From a virus (Duplodnaviria > Caudoviricetes): a DNA stretch of 63,031 nt. Location: IMG/VR virus record IMGVR_UViG_3300045534_000064, positions 1-63,031 of that record; one strand, given 5' to 3'. The translations under genes and the position numbers were made by a program. Each line of letters starts with the position of its first letter. Position 1 is the stretch's first letter. Positions 17,678-28,197 of the stretch are shown piece after piece. Below the pieces are notes generated by a model that was given only the letters and a program-made list of their open reading frames with translations, ran no database searches and was not told the origin of the DNA.

Positions 17678-20600
17678 ATGGGAACCTTGCAATTCAAAAA
17701 CAATGCGAGCACCACGCTAAGCGGCTCGATCAACAACAGCCAGACCGCTATCACGGTCGCCTCCGCTGCCGCGTTCCCTGTGCCAAGCGCCGGGGACTAC
17801 TTTTACGCCACGATGTACGAGCTTTCCGGTTCGACGGAAATCAACCTTGAAATCGTCAAAGTCACCGCGGTCAGCGGCAACAATTGGACGATCGTGCGTG
17901 CGCAGGACGGAACAACGGCGCGGGCCAGGGACGGTGTTTCTACTTGCTACATTGAACAGCGCATGACGGCTGCCTCTGCGCAGCTTATGGTTCAGCGGGA
18001 TAACAACCTGTCGGATCTGGGCAGCGTTGCCACAGCGCGCACGAATCTCGGCCTTGGCAGTATGGCCACCCAAGATGCCAGTTCGGTCGCCATCACTGGC
18101 GGCACAATCTCAGGCGTCACGATCAACGGCATTGATTCGACCACAACCATTTCTGACAACGCCGACAACACCAAAAAGGTCGCGTTCGAGGTATCCGGCA
18201 TTTCCACCGGAACGACGCGCACGCTGACGGTTCCGAATGCAAGCGGAACCATTGCGCTGACTTCTGACCTGACAGCCGGCTATCAACCGCTGGACTCTGA
18301 TTTGACGGCTCTGGCGGGGTTGTCGGCCAATGGCCTGATTGCACGAACCGGAGGCGGTACGGTGGCGGCGCGAAGCCTTACCGCCCCCGCGGCCGGGATT
18401 ACCGTAACCAACGGCGATGGGGTGTCGGGCAATCCAACGCTCGTTTTGGCCAATGACTTGGCCGCCGTCGAGGGGATTGCGACCACTGGCTTTGTGCGGC
18501 GCACGGGCGTTGATACCTGGTCGGCCTCGGCCATTGTTGATGGTGACTTGCCCTCGGCGCTGTCTGGCAAGACGTACAACGCGCTCACCCTGACGGCCAA
18601 TGCCACCGGATTTTCGGTGTCAGGCGGCACGTCAAGCAAGACGCTGACGGTCAGCAACAGCATTACGCTGGCCGGAACGGATGGAACCACGGTCACATTG
18701 CCGGCCACCAGTGGTACGGTAGCCTTGAACAATCAAACCATGTTCATTGGCACCACGTCCGTGGCCATCAACCGTTCATCCGGCTCACTGTCCCTGACCG
18801 GGGTGAATATCGACGGCGCGGCTGGCTCGGCCACCACCGCAACCACTGCCACCAAGGCGACCAATCTGGTTGGCGGCAATGGCACAACGCTGTTGGGCGC
18901 CATTGGGTATCAGTCTGCCGCTGACACCACCACGCTGCTGTCACCCAACACCACCGCCACCAAGCAATTCCTGTCCATGACAGGCACCGGCACCAACGGC
19001 GCCGCGCCGGCTTGGAGTGCTGTGAGCAAGTCGGATGTGGGCCTGTCTGCCGTAGAAAATACGGCGCTCTCGACATGGGCCGGATCTTCGAACTTGACCA
19101 CGCTGGGGACGGTCGGCACCGGGACATGGAACGCCACCACCATCAGCATCGCCAAGGGCGGCACGGGTGCCACCACGGCACTCACAGCGTTCGATGCGCT
19201 TGCCCCGACCACCACGCTGGGTGACGTGATCTATCACGACGGCACCGATAACGTGCGCTTGGCGGGGAACACCTCGACCACCCGCCGCTTCTTGCGCCAA
19301 ACGGGCACAGGAACGGTGTCGGCGGCCCCCGCGTGGGACACGCTGACCGATCCTGACATCCCCAGCGCCCTGACCGGCAAGACCTATAACAGCTTGACGC
19401 TGACTGCCGCTTCCGTGGGTTTCACCATTGCCGGAGGCGCCACCAGCAAGACCTTCACTCTGAGCAATACGCTCACGCTGGCCGGCACGGACGGCTCCAC
19501 CCTCAACGTAGGGGCTGGCGGCACGCTGGGCAGTGCGGCCTATACCGCCAGCACGGCCTACGCCCCGGCAGCGGGTTCGGCCAGCATTGCGACCGTTGGC
19601 ACCATCACCAGCGGCACCTGGACTGGCAGCGCCATCGGCATTTCTTACGGCGGCACCGGCGCCACGTCCAAAACGGCGGGCTACAACGCGCTGTCTCCCA
19701 TGACTACGCTGGGTGATCTGGCATACCACGACGGCACCAATGCCGTACGTCTGGCCGGCAACACCACTTCCAGCAAGCGGTTCCTGACGCAAACCGGCAC
19801 CGGAACAGTATCCGCTGCTCCCGGGTGGAATGCGCTGGCTGATGGTGACTTGCCTTCTTCGCTGACCGGCAAGACCTACAACGGCTTGACACTGACGGCC
19901 AACGCCACGGGTTTTGCCGTGGCGGGGGGCACCACTGCCAAGACGCTGACCATCAGCAACAACTTGACGTTTGCTGGCACCGATGGTTCCACGCTCAATA
20001 TCGGGGCTGGTGGTACGCTTGGGAGTGCGGCCTACACGGCCACGACGGCTTATTTGCCTGTCTCCAATCCGACCATTACAGGAACGGCCACGGCATCCGG
20101 GCCGATCTTTACAACAGGAGCCATCAGCACTCACGCCGCAAACAGACTTGGGCTGCAATACAACGGCATCTGGTCATGGGGCGGGAATTCTACCGATCAA
20201 GGCACTCTCGGTATTTTTCTGAGGTCGTCTGACGGGTCGCTGGGGTCGAATCCGATTAACTTTGCATCCGACAAAGTGGATGTGAATGTCAAAGCCAACA
20301 TATCCAACACTGGCGCAAGTGCGACCGAAATTCTGCGGTTGCAAAACACCACAACCAGTGGCGGTGCAGCGGCACTGCTGGCCATAGGGGACACTTTTGG
20401 TGGCGTATTTCACCCGGCGTACATTGGCGCCGATTACTACTCGTACGGGATGAAATTCGTAACCAACCGCGATTCTTCCGGTTTTGGTTTTGATTTCAGA
20501 AATGCCGCCGACACGACATCACTGCTGAAAATTGATTCATCGACCGGCTATTTCCACACCCCGGAAAAGACATCGACGCTATTTGGCGTAAGCAATGCAA

Positions 20601-22531
20601 CTAGCTCCGGATCTGGTGGGGATTTGACCGTCAAAGCCGGGGGCGGTTTTGGCGCTGGAAACTCGTCAGGGAATTTGTTTCTTGGTTCCGGGCGTGGTTC
20701 TTCTTCTGCAAACAATGGCTATATAGCTTTTGGCCGTGCAAAAGCCACCAACGCCCCGGGGCTTGATTCAAACGGTGAGTTCATGCGGATTGATTCCGCT
20801 GGCAACGTCGGGATCAACACCACCAGCCCACTCACCAAACTGGACGTTCGCGGTAATGCGTTTATCGGAACCACCGACAACGGAAACAACATTCTGGGGT
20901 TCGGCTGGACTTCAATGAGCGGCGCCCCGGACGCAGCGCCGGGTAGCGCATTCATTGTAAGCACCGCCAGCAATGCAGCTGGTGGAGCAACCAATCTGGC
21001 GTTTTGGACGACCTCGGGCGGCAGCGTGTATGAACGTATGCGAATCACGCCCACCGGGAACGTGGGCATCGGCACCACCTCGCCGTCAGCAATGCTGGAT
21101 GTCGCCGGGTCTGTTGCAATAGCTGGCAACCTGACGTTCAGCGGCACTGGCCGAACCATCCTTGGCGACTTTACCAACGCCACCAACAGTTTGCGCACGG
21201 CCTTCCAGTCCAGCACCACCAACGGCATTACGGTGGTGACGGCCAAGCCCAACGGCACCGCGACAAACTCGTATTTCATCACCCACAACGCATCGGACGT
21301 AGATAACTCGTCGCACATGTATATGGGCGTGACGGCCACCCAAGCTCAACTGCGCAGCGACAAGACGGGCACTGGGTCGCTTCTGCCGCTGGCGATCTAT
21401 GTTGGAGGCGCCGAGCGGGCTGTAGTGGATACCAGCGGAAACGTCACCCCGTCCGTAGACAACGCGCAGACCCTTGGCAGCGCAAGCAAACGCTGGTCTG
21501 ATGTTCAGACTGCGAGCGTTTCGGCGGGGTCTTACAACGGCGGCCAATTGGCTGGGATGCGCAACAAGATCATCAACGGCAAGATGGATATTGCGCAGAG
21601 GGGGACGAGTTTTTCTGGCGTTGTTAGCAGCACTACAGATGCCTTTGCCGCCGACCGTTTTAGGCTAGATCAATCTGGCCATTCTGCGACGCTGACACTC
21701 TCGCAACAAACAGACGTTCCAAGCAGTAACGAATTTCAAAATAGTGCGCGAGTCGCTGTTACCACAGCAGATTCCAGTATTGCGGCAGGTGATGTGTTGA
21801 CTGTTTCGCATTTTGTAGAAGGTTACAATGCCAAAGATTTAATTGGAAAAACTTTTACTTTGTCGTTTTGGGTTCGTTCTAGCAAAACAGGCACACATTG
21901 CGTGTCGTTTTGCAACAGTGGTGCAGATCGGAGCTACATAAAAACGTATTCAGTAAGCGTAGCAAACACTTGGGAATACAAAACTGTTGTCGTACCAGCT
22001 GGCCTGATTACCGCAGGTACATGGAATTGGACAAATGGAAAAGGGGTTGCTGTTCGCTGGGCGCTTGCCGCCGGTACAAGCTGGCATACAACTGCTGATG
22101 CATGGCAGACCGGAAACTTTGTTGCCACCTCCGCCCAAGTCAATTGCCTAGACACTGTAGGAAACATATTTGCCATCACTGGCGTTCAGCTTGAAACCGG
22201 AAGTGTAGCTACGCCGTTTGAACATCGCCCTTATGCGTATGAGGTTGCGATGTGCCAACGATATTATTGCCTTGCAAATTACGTTCATTCGTTGTTCGCA
22301 CCTGTTGCAAACATAGCTAATTACGGAGGGGCCATTTGTCCAATTCATTTCCCGGTCGTTATGCGTGACACCCCAACAATGACTTACACACAAACCGCCG
22401 CACAAAACTGGAATGGCACTGCTGGCACATCAAGCATAAGTGCAGATGGTGTGCTGGTATCGGCCAGCGCAATGCAAACAGTTGCAGGGGCTTTTTTCGC
22501 ATTTAACTGGACTGCATCCGCGGAGCTGTAA
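17678..22531 (+). CDS. Long tail fibre / receptor-binding protein (1617 aa)
   Basis: NNA.TTL...EIVKVT...RAQDGT N-terminus; Gly/Thr repeats; GNVGIGTTSP motifs; C-terminal RNKIING.MDIAQRG...FEHRP...CQRYY domain. Confidence 0.88.
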   Translation: MGTLQFKNNASTTLSGSINNSQTAITVASAAAFPVPSAGDYFYATMYELSGSTEINLEIVKVTAVSGNNWTIVRAQDGTTARARDGVSTCYIEQRMTAASAQLMVQRDNNLSDLGSVATARTNLGLGSMATQDASSVAITGGTISGVTINGIDSTTTISDNADNTKKVAFEVSGISTGTTRTLTVPNASGTIALTSDLTAGYQPLDSDLTALAGLSANGLIARTGGGTVAARSLTAPAAGITVTNGDGVSGNPTLVLANDLAAVEGIATTGFVRRTGVDTWSASAIVDGDLPSALSGKTYNALTLTANATGFSVSGGTSSKTLTVSNSITLAGTDGTTVTLPATSGTVALNNQTMFIGTTSVAINRSSGSLSLTGVNIDGAAGSATTATTATKATNLVGGNGTTLLGAIGYQSAADTTTLLSPNTTATKQFLSMTGTGTNGAAPAWSAVSKSDVGLSAVENTALSTWAGSSNLTTLGTVGTGTWNATTISIAKGGTGATTALTAFDALAPTTTLGDVIYHDGTDNVRLAGNTSTTRRFLRQTGTGTVSAAPAWDTLTDPDIPSALTGKTYNSLTLTAASVGFTIAGGATSKTFTLSNTLTLAGTDGSTLNVGAGGTLGSAAYTASTAYAPAAGSASIATVGTITSGTWTGSAIGISYGGTGATSKTAGYNALSPMTTLGDLAYHDGTNAVRLAGNTTSSKRFLTQTGTGTVSAAPGWNALADGDLPSSLTGKTYNGLTLTANATGFAVAGGTTAKTLTISNNLTFAGTDGSTLNIGAGGTLGSAAYTATTAYLPVSNPTITGTATASGPIFTTGAISTHAANRLGLQYNGIWSWGGNSTDQGTLGIFLRSSDGSLGSNPINFASDKVDVNVKANISNTGASATEILRLQNTTTSGGAAALLAIGDTFGGVFHPAYIGADYYSYGMKFVTNRDSSGFGFDFRNAADTTSLLKIDSSTGYFHTPEKTSTLFGVSNATSSGSGGDLTVKAGGGFGAGNSSGNLFLGSGRGSSSANNGYIAFGRAKATNAPGLDSNGEFMRIDSAGNVGINTTSPLTKLDVRGNAFIGTTDNGNNILGFGWTSMSGAPDAAPGSAFIVSTASNAAGGATNLAFWTTSGGSVYERMRITPTGNVGIGTTSPSAMLDVAGSVAIAGNLTFSGTGRTILGDFTNATNSLRTAFQSSTTNGITVVTAKPNGTATNSYFITHNASDVDNSSHMYMGVTATQAQLRSDKTGTGSLLPLAIYVGGAERAVVDTSGNVTPSVDNAQTLGSASKRWSDVQTASVSAGSYNGGQLAGMRNKIINGKMDIAQRGTSFSGVVSSTTDAFAADRFRLDQSGHSATLTLSQQTDVPSSNEFQNSARVAVTTADSSIAAGDVLTVSHFVEGYNAKDLIGKTFTLSFWVRSSKTGTHCVSFCNSGADRSYIKTYSVSVANTWEYKTVVVPAGLITAGTWNWTNGKGVAVRWALAAGTSWHTTADAWQTGNFVATSAQVNCLDTVGNIFAITGVQLETGSVATPFEHRPYAYEVAMCQRYYCLANYVHSLFAPVANIANYGGAICPIHFPVVMRDTPTMTYTQTAAQNWNGTAGTSSISADGVLVSASAMQTVAGAFFAFNWTASAEL
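18500..20060 (+). repeat. Three internal repeats in the tail fibre (D.PS.L.GKTYN.LTLTA...KT.T.SN..T.AGTDG)
   Basis: Copies near 18540, 19350 and 19840; the last two are 160 aa apart. Confidence 0.85.
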
Positions 22532-22550
22532 TTAGCCAAAGGAGACTAAA

Positions 22551-22745
22551 ATGCTGAAATCCAAAACGATGTGGTTTTCCGCCATTCTTGCTGTGCTGTC
22601 GATTGCCCAAGGTTTCATCGTGCAATTGCCCATGTCTGCCGAAACGCAAGGGCTGGTCGGTGCCGTGGTGGCGGCTGTCGTGGCCTATCTGCGCACGCAG
22701 ACCGTGGCTCCTTTGTCGCAAAAATCCGCCCAAGGGAGTGAGTAA
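22551..22745 (+). CDS. Small two-TM holin-like protein
   Basis: KSKTMWF...LRTQT motif, AAGGAG SD. Confidence 0.6.
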   Translation: MLKSKTMWFSAILAVLSIAQGFIVQLPMSAETQGLVGAVVAAVVAYLRTQTVAPLSQKSAQGSE

Positions 22746-22750
22746 AACTC

Positions 22751-24691
22751 ATGGCCGCGTCCAGAATCAACGTGTTCTCAGGCATTCGCCCGAGGGTGCC
22801 TGAATCGCTGTTGCCGGAGGGCGCGGCCACCATTGCTGAAAATTGTGACTTCGCCTACGGCGAACTGCGCAACACCAAGGCCGGGTTTGCCTTGGCCACC
22901 ATGAGCAATGCCCCCGCTTCGATCTATACCGATGACGGCATGACCTTCTATTCGTGGGCAACCGATGTCAATGCGGTACGTTCCCCGATCACCAATGACA
23001 CGTTCAATCGCCTGTACTACACGGGCGATTCCGGGTTCAAGGTCACGAATCGCATGGGCACGCGCACCAATGGTGGCGTGCCGGGGTCGTCCTATCTGGT
23101 CGGGGTGCCGCGCCCAACGGTCGCACCCTCCCTGGCGGTGCCCGTCATTCAGCCCAGCAGCACGACCTCCGCATTCAGCTTCAAGTTCCATTGGGAACAC
23201 GGAGGGGTGAAATATCAGGAGCAGTCTGTAACCCCTGACACGATCGAGGATGGCCGCTCCTATCGGTTCATCCCCCCGGCGCGGGCCACTGAAACCCCAG
23301 AGCAAGCCTTCCCAGTATTGCGCATGACAGCCGTAATCAAGTCAGACGGCTCGCAACAGTTCGACATCTACACCGGGAATTCGTCCTTCCAAGGCACAGG
23401 CGGCATCTACTCGATGTCCATGTCGCAGGACTCTGGCGCCGAAAGCTACACCGTGACGCTGGAATCCGGGATCAAGGAATCCGACAAGGAAACCCGCGCC
23501 TACGTCTATACCTACGTCAATACCTACAACGAGGAGGGGCCGCCAAGCGACGCGGCTCTGGTCACCACTTCGCCGGTAGTGCGGGTCAATGTCACCGTCA
23601 CCAAGGATGCGCTCACGGGTTACGCGCCGATCAAAGAGATCCGCATTTACCGCACCCCCACCGGCTCGACCATTGCGGATTATTTCTATGTCGGCGCGAT
23701 TGCGGTTCTCACTGATGACAGCCCTAGTTTCGTTTTCCCTGACGATGTTAAGGGCGAGCAACTCAACGAGGTGCTGTCCTCGACCGATTACTACCCGCCA
23801 GATCAGGCGTTGGTCGGATTGATGGCACTCCCTAACGGCATCTTGTGCGCCTGGAAAGGCAATCAACTGCACTTTTCAGAAGCGTACAAGCCTTGGGCGT
23901 GGCCGCCGGCCTATGTAAAGCCGTTGCCGAACACCATTGTCGGCGGCATCGTTCAAGGATCCTCTGCCATTGTCACCACGGTGACGCAGCCTTACATGGT
24001 GTCGGGCGTGTCGCCGGATTCCATGACTGCTTCAAAAATCAATGTCGATCAGGCCGGGGTGTCGAAATGGTCGCTGGCCGTGGTGGATGGCGCCGTGATC
24101 TATGCCTGCAACGACGGACTGGTGGTGATGAACGGCGGAACAGGCAGCTTGGTTCAAAGCCAAAAATTCTTCACCCGAGAAGTCTGGCGCAGCCGCTACG
24201 CCACGGGCCTGTCCTCGATGCGCTTTGCGGTGTGGGACGGTCGCCTGGTGGTGTTTTCCAGCACGGGTGCTTTCACCCCGTTCATGATTCGCGTGGATGA
24301 GGCAGACGGCACGCTGACCGATCTGCCGAGTTTTTCCGCAACGTGTGCTTTCATCAGCCCGCTGGCAGATCAGTTCTATTACGCCAACGGCAACACGCTG
24401 TACCAATTCAACGGCGGCGCGGATCTGCCGGCGGTGTGGCAGTCACGCGAGCATGTGCTTGAGCGCCCGACCAATTACGCCTTTGTGCAAGTCGTCGCCA
24501 CGGGCACATGGTCGGTTGAGTTCTATGCCGATGGGGTGCTGCGGCATACGCAGGCGATTACTGAGCCGATTACCAATTTCCGGTTGCCCAGCGGCTTTTT
24601 GTCCGATCGCTGGAAACTGAAAATCACCGGCATCGGGCGGTTCCGTGAGTTGCGGATCGCCGACACGGCCCGCGGGCTGGCAGGGCTATAG
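22751..24691 (+). CDS. Tail nozzle/tubular (DNA stabilisation) protein
   Basis: F.G..PR...LP...A..A.NC, YVYTYVN...EEGPPS, RIYRT, FSE.Y.P.AWP. Confidence 0.75.
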   Translation: MAASRINVFSGIRPRVPESLLPEGAATIAENCDFAYGELRNTKAGFALATMSNAPASIYTDDGMTFYSWATDVNAVRSPITNDTFNRLYYTGDSGFKVTNRMGTRTNGGVPGSSYLVGVPRPTVAPSLAVPVIQPSSTTSAFSFKFHWEHGGVKYQEQSVTPDTIEDGRSYRFIPPARATETPEQAFPVLRMTAVIKSDGSQQFDIYTGNSSFQGTGGIYSMSMSQDSGAESYTVTLESGIKESDKETRAYVYTYVNTYNEEGPPSDAALVTTSPVVRVNVTVTKDALTGYAPIKEIRIYRTPTGSTIADYFYVGAIAVLTDDSPSFVFPDDVKGEQLNEVLSSTDYYPPDQALVGLMALPNGILCAWKGNQLHFSEAYKPWAWPPAYVKPLPNTIVGGIVQGSSAIVTTVTQPYMVSGVSPDSMTASKINVDQAGVSKWSLAVVDGAVIYACNDGLVVMNGGTGSLVQSQKFFTREVWRSRYATGLSSMRFAVWDGRLVVFSSTGAFTPFMIRVDEADGTLTDLPSFSATCAFISPLADQFYYANGNTLYQFNGGADLPAVWQSREHVLERPTNYAFVQVVATGTWSVEFYADGVLRHTQAITEPITNFRLPSGFLSDRWKLKITGIGRFRELRIADTARGLAGL

Positions 24692-24694
24692 CGC

Positions 24695-26620
24695 ATGGCA
24701 ACCGATACCAAACGCGGTGTGCCAGGCGTTCCCCTCGGGGCGCTGGATGCCATTCAAGACCAGAATACCAAGCTGGTATTGCGTTCCATTGTCGATGGCT
24801 GGCATGTGCGCAACGGCACCAGCGGCAGCGGCGATCAATCGTTCGTCACCAAGGCCGAGGTTGATGCGTTACGCGGCGCCGTGGGCGGGTTGCGGCAATC
24901 CGTGTCAAGCATCTTGGACAGCAGCGGCAGCGAGTTTGCGCGCTTCAAGCCGGGTGAAATCTCGCGGATCATCAACGATCTTCAAGCGCAAGTCATTGAA
25001 TCGCAGCTATTCAAGGAACTTGGCGAGCGTATCGACACCATTGACCTGAATCTGGTTGCGGAACAAAACGCGCGTATTGCTGCGGTTCAGGGTGTGGCGA
25101 ACGATCTGGCCGCCGAGGCCGCCACCCGGCTGGGGTTCGACACGGCCCAAGGCGCGCAGATTGCCACGCTGCAAACCACCACGGCGACGCAGGCCACGCA
25201 GATCACCGGCTTGACCACACGTATTGGCACCGCCGAATCGACCATCGTCAATTTGCAGAGCACGACGGCGACGCAGGCCACGGCACTGAGCAGCCTGACC
25301 ACGCGCGTCGGATCTTCTGAATCGAATATCACCAGCTTGCAGCAAACCACAGCCGCGCAAGCGTCCAGCCTGACCGCGCTTACCACCCGCGTTGGGACGG
25401 CGGAATCCAGTATCAGCACGCTCAACACAACCACAGCAAATCAAGCCACCTCGCTGACGAGTCTGACCACCCGGGTCGGCAGTGTGGAAACGGGCCTCAC
25501 CGGGGAGGCCACCACTCGGGCCAATGCCGACAACGCCATTACCGAGAGCGTTGCCACGCAGTTTTCCACCGTCAATACCAGCATCGCCGCGCTGCAAACC
25601 AAGCAGACCACCACCGCGAACAGCGTAGCGGCGCTCACCAGCACGGTATCGACGCTGCAATCGTCGGTCGGGGCCAACACGCTGGCCATCTCGACCGAGG
25701 CAACCGCCCGGGTGAATGCCGACAATGACATCTACGGCAAGTACGCGGTCAAGATTGACAACAACGGGTATGTGACCGGGTTCGGCCTCATCAGCACGTC
25801 AAACAACTCCACGCCCTCGTCGGAGTTCCTTATCCGGGCGGATCGGTTTGCCATTGCCAGCCCCAGCGGGCCTGGAATCTCTCCCAAGGCGCCGTTCATT
25901 GTGACCACCACCCCGCGCACCAGACCGGATGGCGTTGTCGTCCCGCCCGGGGTGTATATGGACACCGCGTTGGTCAAAGACCTGTATGGCGCGTACATCG
26001 AAGCCGGGTACTTCCGCGCGGGGAAAATCTACACCGGAAGTCAGTACATTGACAGCAACAGCAACCAGCCCATTCCTGTGGTGGCCAATGGCTCGTACGC
26101 CACGTCACTTTATGCGCCGCAAAACAATCCGGGGTATGCCACGCCATACACCGTCACTGGCACATCAGAAGGCGACAGCGGGTCATTCACCTACTCTTAC
26201 ACAGACTACTTCTACAACGACACCAAACTGGTCGGATCAATCTCAAGCAACCTGATCTTCTACGGCCCCGACGCGCATTGGTATTGCCCCTACAACCAGC
26301 GTATTCGTTCTTCCGTCAGCTCCCCATTGGAGTTTGTGGTGTCAGTGGCGTGCATGGTCGATCATAGCCTGTCGATCTGGTACAGGATTTGGGATTTGTG
26401 GTCGGGCACCCCGGGCGCATGGACGTACATCACGATGGTCACGGAGCCACAAGCAAGCTATGGCGCGGCGGCCTTGATTGCCGTTTTGACAAAATACCTC
26501 GGCAACGGACAAGGCATTGAATTCACCGCGGCCCCGGTCAATGCCGGGTACGTAATGTTTGATCGGAACAAGATCAATCTGTATGACCTGAACGTGAATG
26601 TGCGCGTGACCAACCTATGA
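24695..26620 (+). CDS. Tail tip/needle fibre with coiled coil and DUF1983-like domain
   Basis: Four 28-aa repeats (L..TTA.QA..L..LTTRVG..E); VKID.NGYV.GFGL...FLIRADRFAI. Confidence 0.75.
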   Translation: MATDTKRGVPGVPLGALDAIQDQNTKLVLRSIVDGWHVRNGTSGSGDQSFVTKAEVDALRGAVGGLRQSVSSILDSSGSEFARFKPGEISRIINDLQAQVIESQLFKELGERIDTIDLNLVAEQNARIAAVQGVANDLAAEAATRLGFDTAQGAQIATLQTTTATQATQITGLTTRIGTAESTIVNLQSTTATQATALSSLTTRVGSSESNITSLQQTTAAQASSLTALTTRVGTAESSISTLNTTTANQATSLTSLTTRVGSVETGLTGEATTRANADNAITESVATQFSTVNTSIAALQTKQTTTANSVAALTSTVSTLQSSVGANTLAISTEATARVNADNDIYGKYAVKIDNNGYVTGFGLISTSNNSTPSSEFLIRADRFAIASPSGPGISPKAPFIVTTTPRTRPDGVVVPPGVYMDTALVKDLYGAYIEAGYFRAGKIYTGSQYIDSNSNQPIPVVANGSYATSLYAPQNNPGYATPYTVTGTSEGDSGSFTYSYTDYFYNDTKLVGSISSNLIFYGPDAHWYCPYNQRIRSSVSSPLEFVVSVACMVDHSLSIWYRIWDLWSGTPGAWTYITMVTEPQASYGAAALIAVLTKYLGNGQGIEFTAAPVNAGYVMFDRNKINLYDLNVNVRVTNL

Positions 26621-26946
26621 CCTTCTACCTCTACAAGACACCATCGGGGCGCCCGGAAGTTTTGAACTACGAACTTCCGCTGGCCTCCGCGCTGGGATTC
26701 ACGCTCGTCAGGAATCTGGAAGAATGGGTCGATACCAAGCATCTGTCGTTTGATGCTGACAACAATCTGGTGTCGTACGAAACGGAACTGAGCGTGCAGG
26801 ACTTGCGCCGACGTGCGTATCCGAATCTGGCCGATCAAATGGACGCCCTGTGGCATGGAATGAACAACGGGGTACTGCCCAAAGTGGAGCCGTTTTATTC
26901 CGACATTCTGGCGGTCAAAGAGCGATACCCGAAGCCGTCAAATTGA
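26617..26946 (+). CDS. Tail fibre assembly/chaperone-like protein
   Basis: RR.AYP...DQ.DALW...I.AVK..YPK. Confidence 0.65.
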   Translation: MTFYLYKTPSGRPEVLNYELPLASALGFTLVRNLEEWVDTKHLSFDADNNLVSYETELSVQDLRRRAYPNLADQMDALWHGMNNGVLPKVEPFYSDILAVKERYPKPSN

Positions 26947-26963
26947 GCGCACGGGGGGACAAT
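26937..26963 (+). promoter_or_regulatory. Late promoter copy upstream of ejection genes
   Basis: GTCAAAT-N14-GACAAT. Confidence 0.7.
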
Positions 26964-26969
26964 CGGAAA

Positions 26970-27512
26970 ATGACGCTGGCCAACAAAACGCCGATTGAGC
27001 AACTTGTGCTTGACCCGTTTGCGGGAACCCCTGCGCTTCCGGTGGTGTGCCATGGGCCATTCACCGCGTTGGCGCAGGGCAACGACTGGCGCGGGAAATT
27101 GGAACGACTCGATGCCCTATTGGCACAGCTTCCACAAACGGAAATGCCAGTGACTCATCGTTTTTCGCGTGGCGTGTATGCGCGGGAATTGTTTATCCCG
27201 AAAGGCACCGTTCTTACCGGGCGGATTCACAAATACAGCCAGATCAATGTTCTGTTGCGCGGTGACATATCTGTGCTTACGGAGAATGGAATCAAGCGCA
27301 TACAGGCACCGTTCGTTATCGAATCCCCAGCCGGGGCAAAACGAGCGGGGTACGCCCACGAAGATACGGTTTGGATGACGATATGCGGAACCAACACGAC
27401 GGATACCGACGTGCTGGAAGATGAATTGACTACCCGTACGTATGCTGAATATGAGGCATTTTGCGCGGGATTGTTGGCAAGCGGAGGTGACACATGGCTT
27501 TTGCCGCAGTAG
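26970..27512 (+). CDS. Cupin-fold phage protein
   Basis: HRF..GVYAREL.IPKG..LTG.IH...G.KR...AHED. Confidence 0.65.
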   Translation: MTLANKTPIEQLVLDPFAGTPALPVVCHGPFTALAQGNDWRGKLERLDALLAQLPQTEMPVTHRFSRGVYARELFIPKGTVLTGRIHKYSQINVLLRGDISVLTENGIKRIQAPFVIESPAGAKRAGYAHEDTVWMTICGTNTTDTDVLEDELTTRTYAEYEAFCAGLLASGGDTWLLPQ

Positions 27513-28183
27513 CAGCAGCAGCAACTACAGCCGTGGTTGGCGGTTTGCTGTCCGATGACAACGGCGCAGAAGGCGCAAACAACGCCGCGGCAGACTCCAC
27601 CCGGTTGCAAGCCGAGATTGCCCGCGATCAGTGGAATCGGTACAAGACCATGTACTCCCCGCTGGAAGAATCCTACGTCAAAGAGGCGCAGGGATACGAC
27701 TCGCCGGAGAATTACGCCAAGGCCGCGGGCGATGCTTCCGCTACGGTGGCCAGCCAGTTTGCCAAGGCCCGCGAACAGTTGGGGCGCACCCCTGGGCTTG
27801 ATCCTTCCAGCGGCGCATTCCAGGCAGGCATGACCAACCTTGGGCTGTCGGAAGCCGCCAACAACGCCGTGCAGCAAAATGCTGCACGCAACAAGGTCAA
27901 GGACATGGCGTTTGCTCGCAAGACCGACGCGCTGAGTTTGGGTAAGGGGTTGCCGGCGCAGGCTTCAACCATGCTGGGGTCAGCGGCGGCGACCAATTTT
28001 GGCTTGGGGCAAGCGGCCCAGCGACAAGCCAACCTGGAGTCAGCCGCCACCGGCAAGATGCTGGGTAGCATTTTCACTCCCAAAAACATCACCGCAGCGG
28101 GGGATTGGTTAAGTGGCCGTTCGTCGGCGCAACAAGGAGCGGCTGACTTTACAGCCGGCTGGACACCCGAAAACTACGGCTGA
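27494..28183 (+). CDS. Internal virion (ejection) protein
   Basis: Ala/Gly-rich hydrophobic N-terminus, G.DPSSG motif, GGAGG SD. Confidence 0.65.
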   Translation: MAFAAVAAAATTAVVGGLLSDDNGAEGANNAAADSTRLQAEIARDQWNRYKTMYSPLEESYVKEAQGYDSPENYAKAAGDASATVASQFAKAREQLGRTPGLDPSSGAFQAGMTNLGLSEAANNAVQQNAARNKVKDMAFARKTDALSLGKGLPAQASTMLGSAAATNFGLGQAAQRQANLESAATGKMLGSIFTPKNITAAGDWLSGRSSAQQGAADFTAGWTPENYG

Positions 28184-28197
28184 GATAGAGGCACACA

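Noticed and set aside
18941-20158. 405-aa antisense ORF and similar long shadow ORFs (4510..5271, 34302..35126, 48628..49524, 59596..60393)
   Set aside because: They lie opposite well-supported genes, lack motifs, and are expected from GC-rich codon bias.
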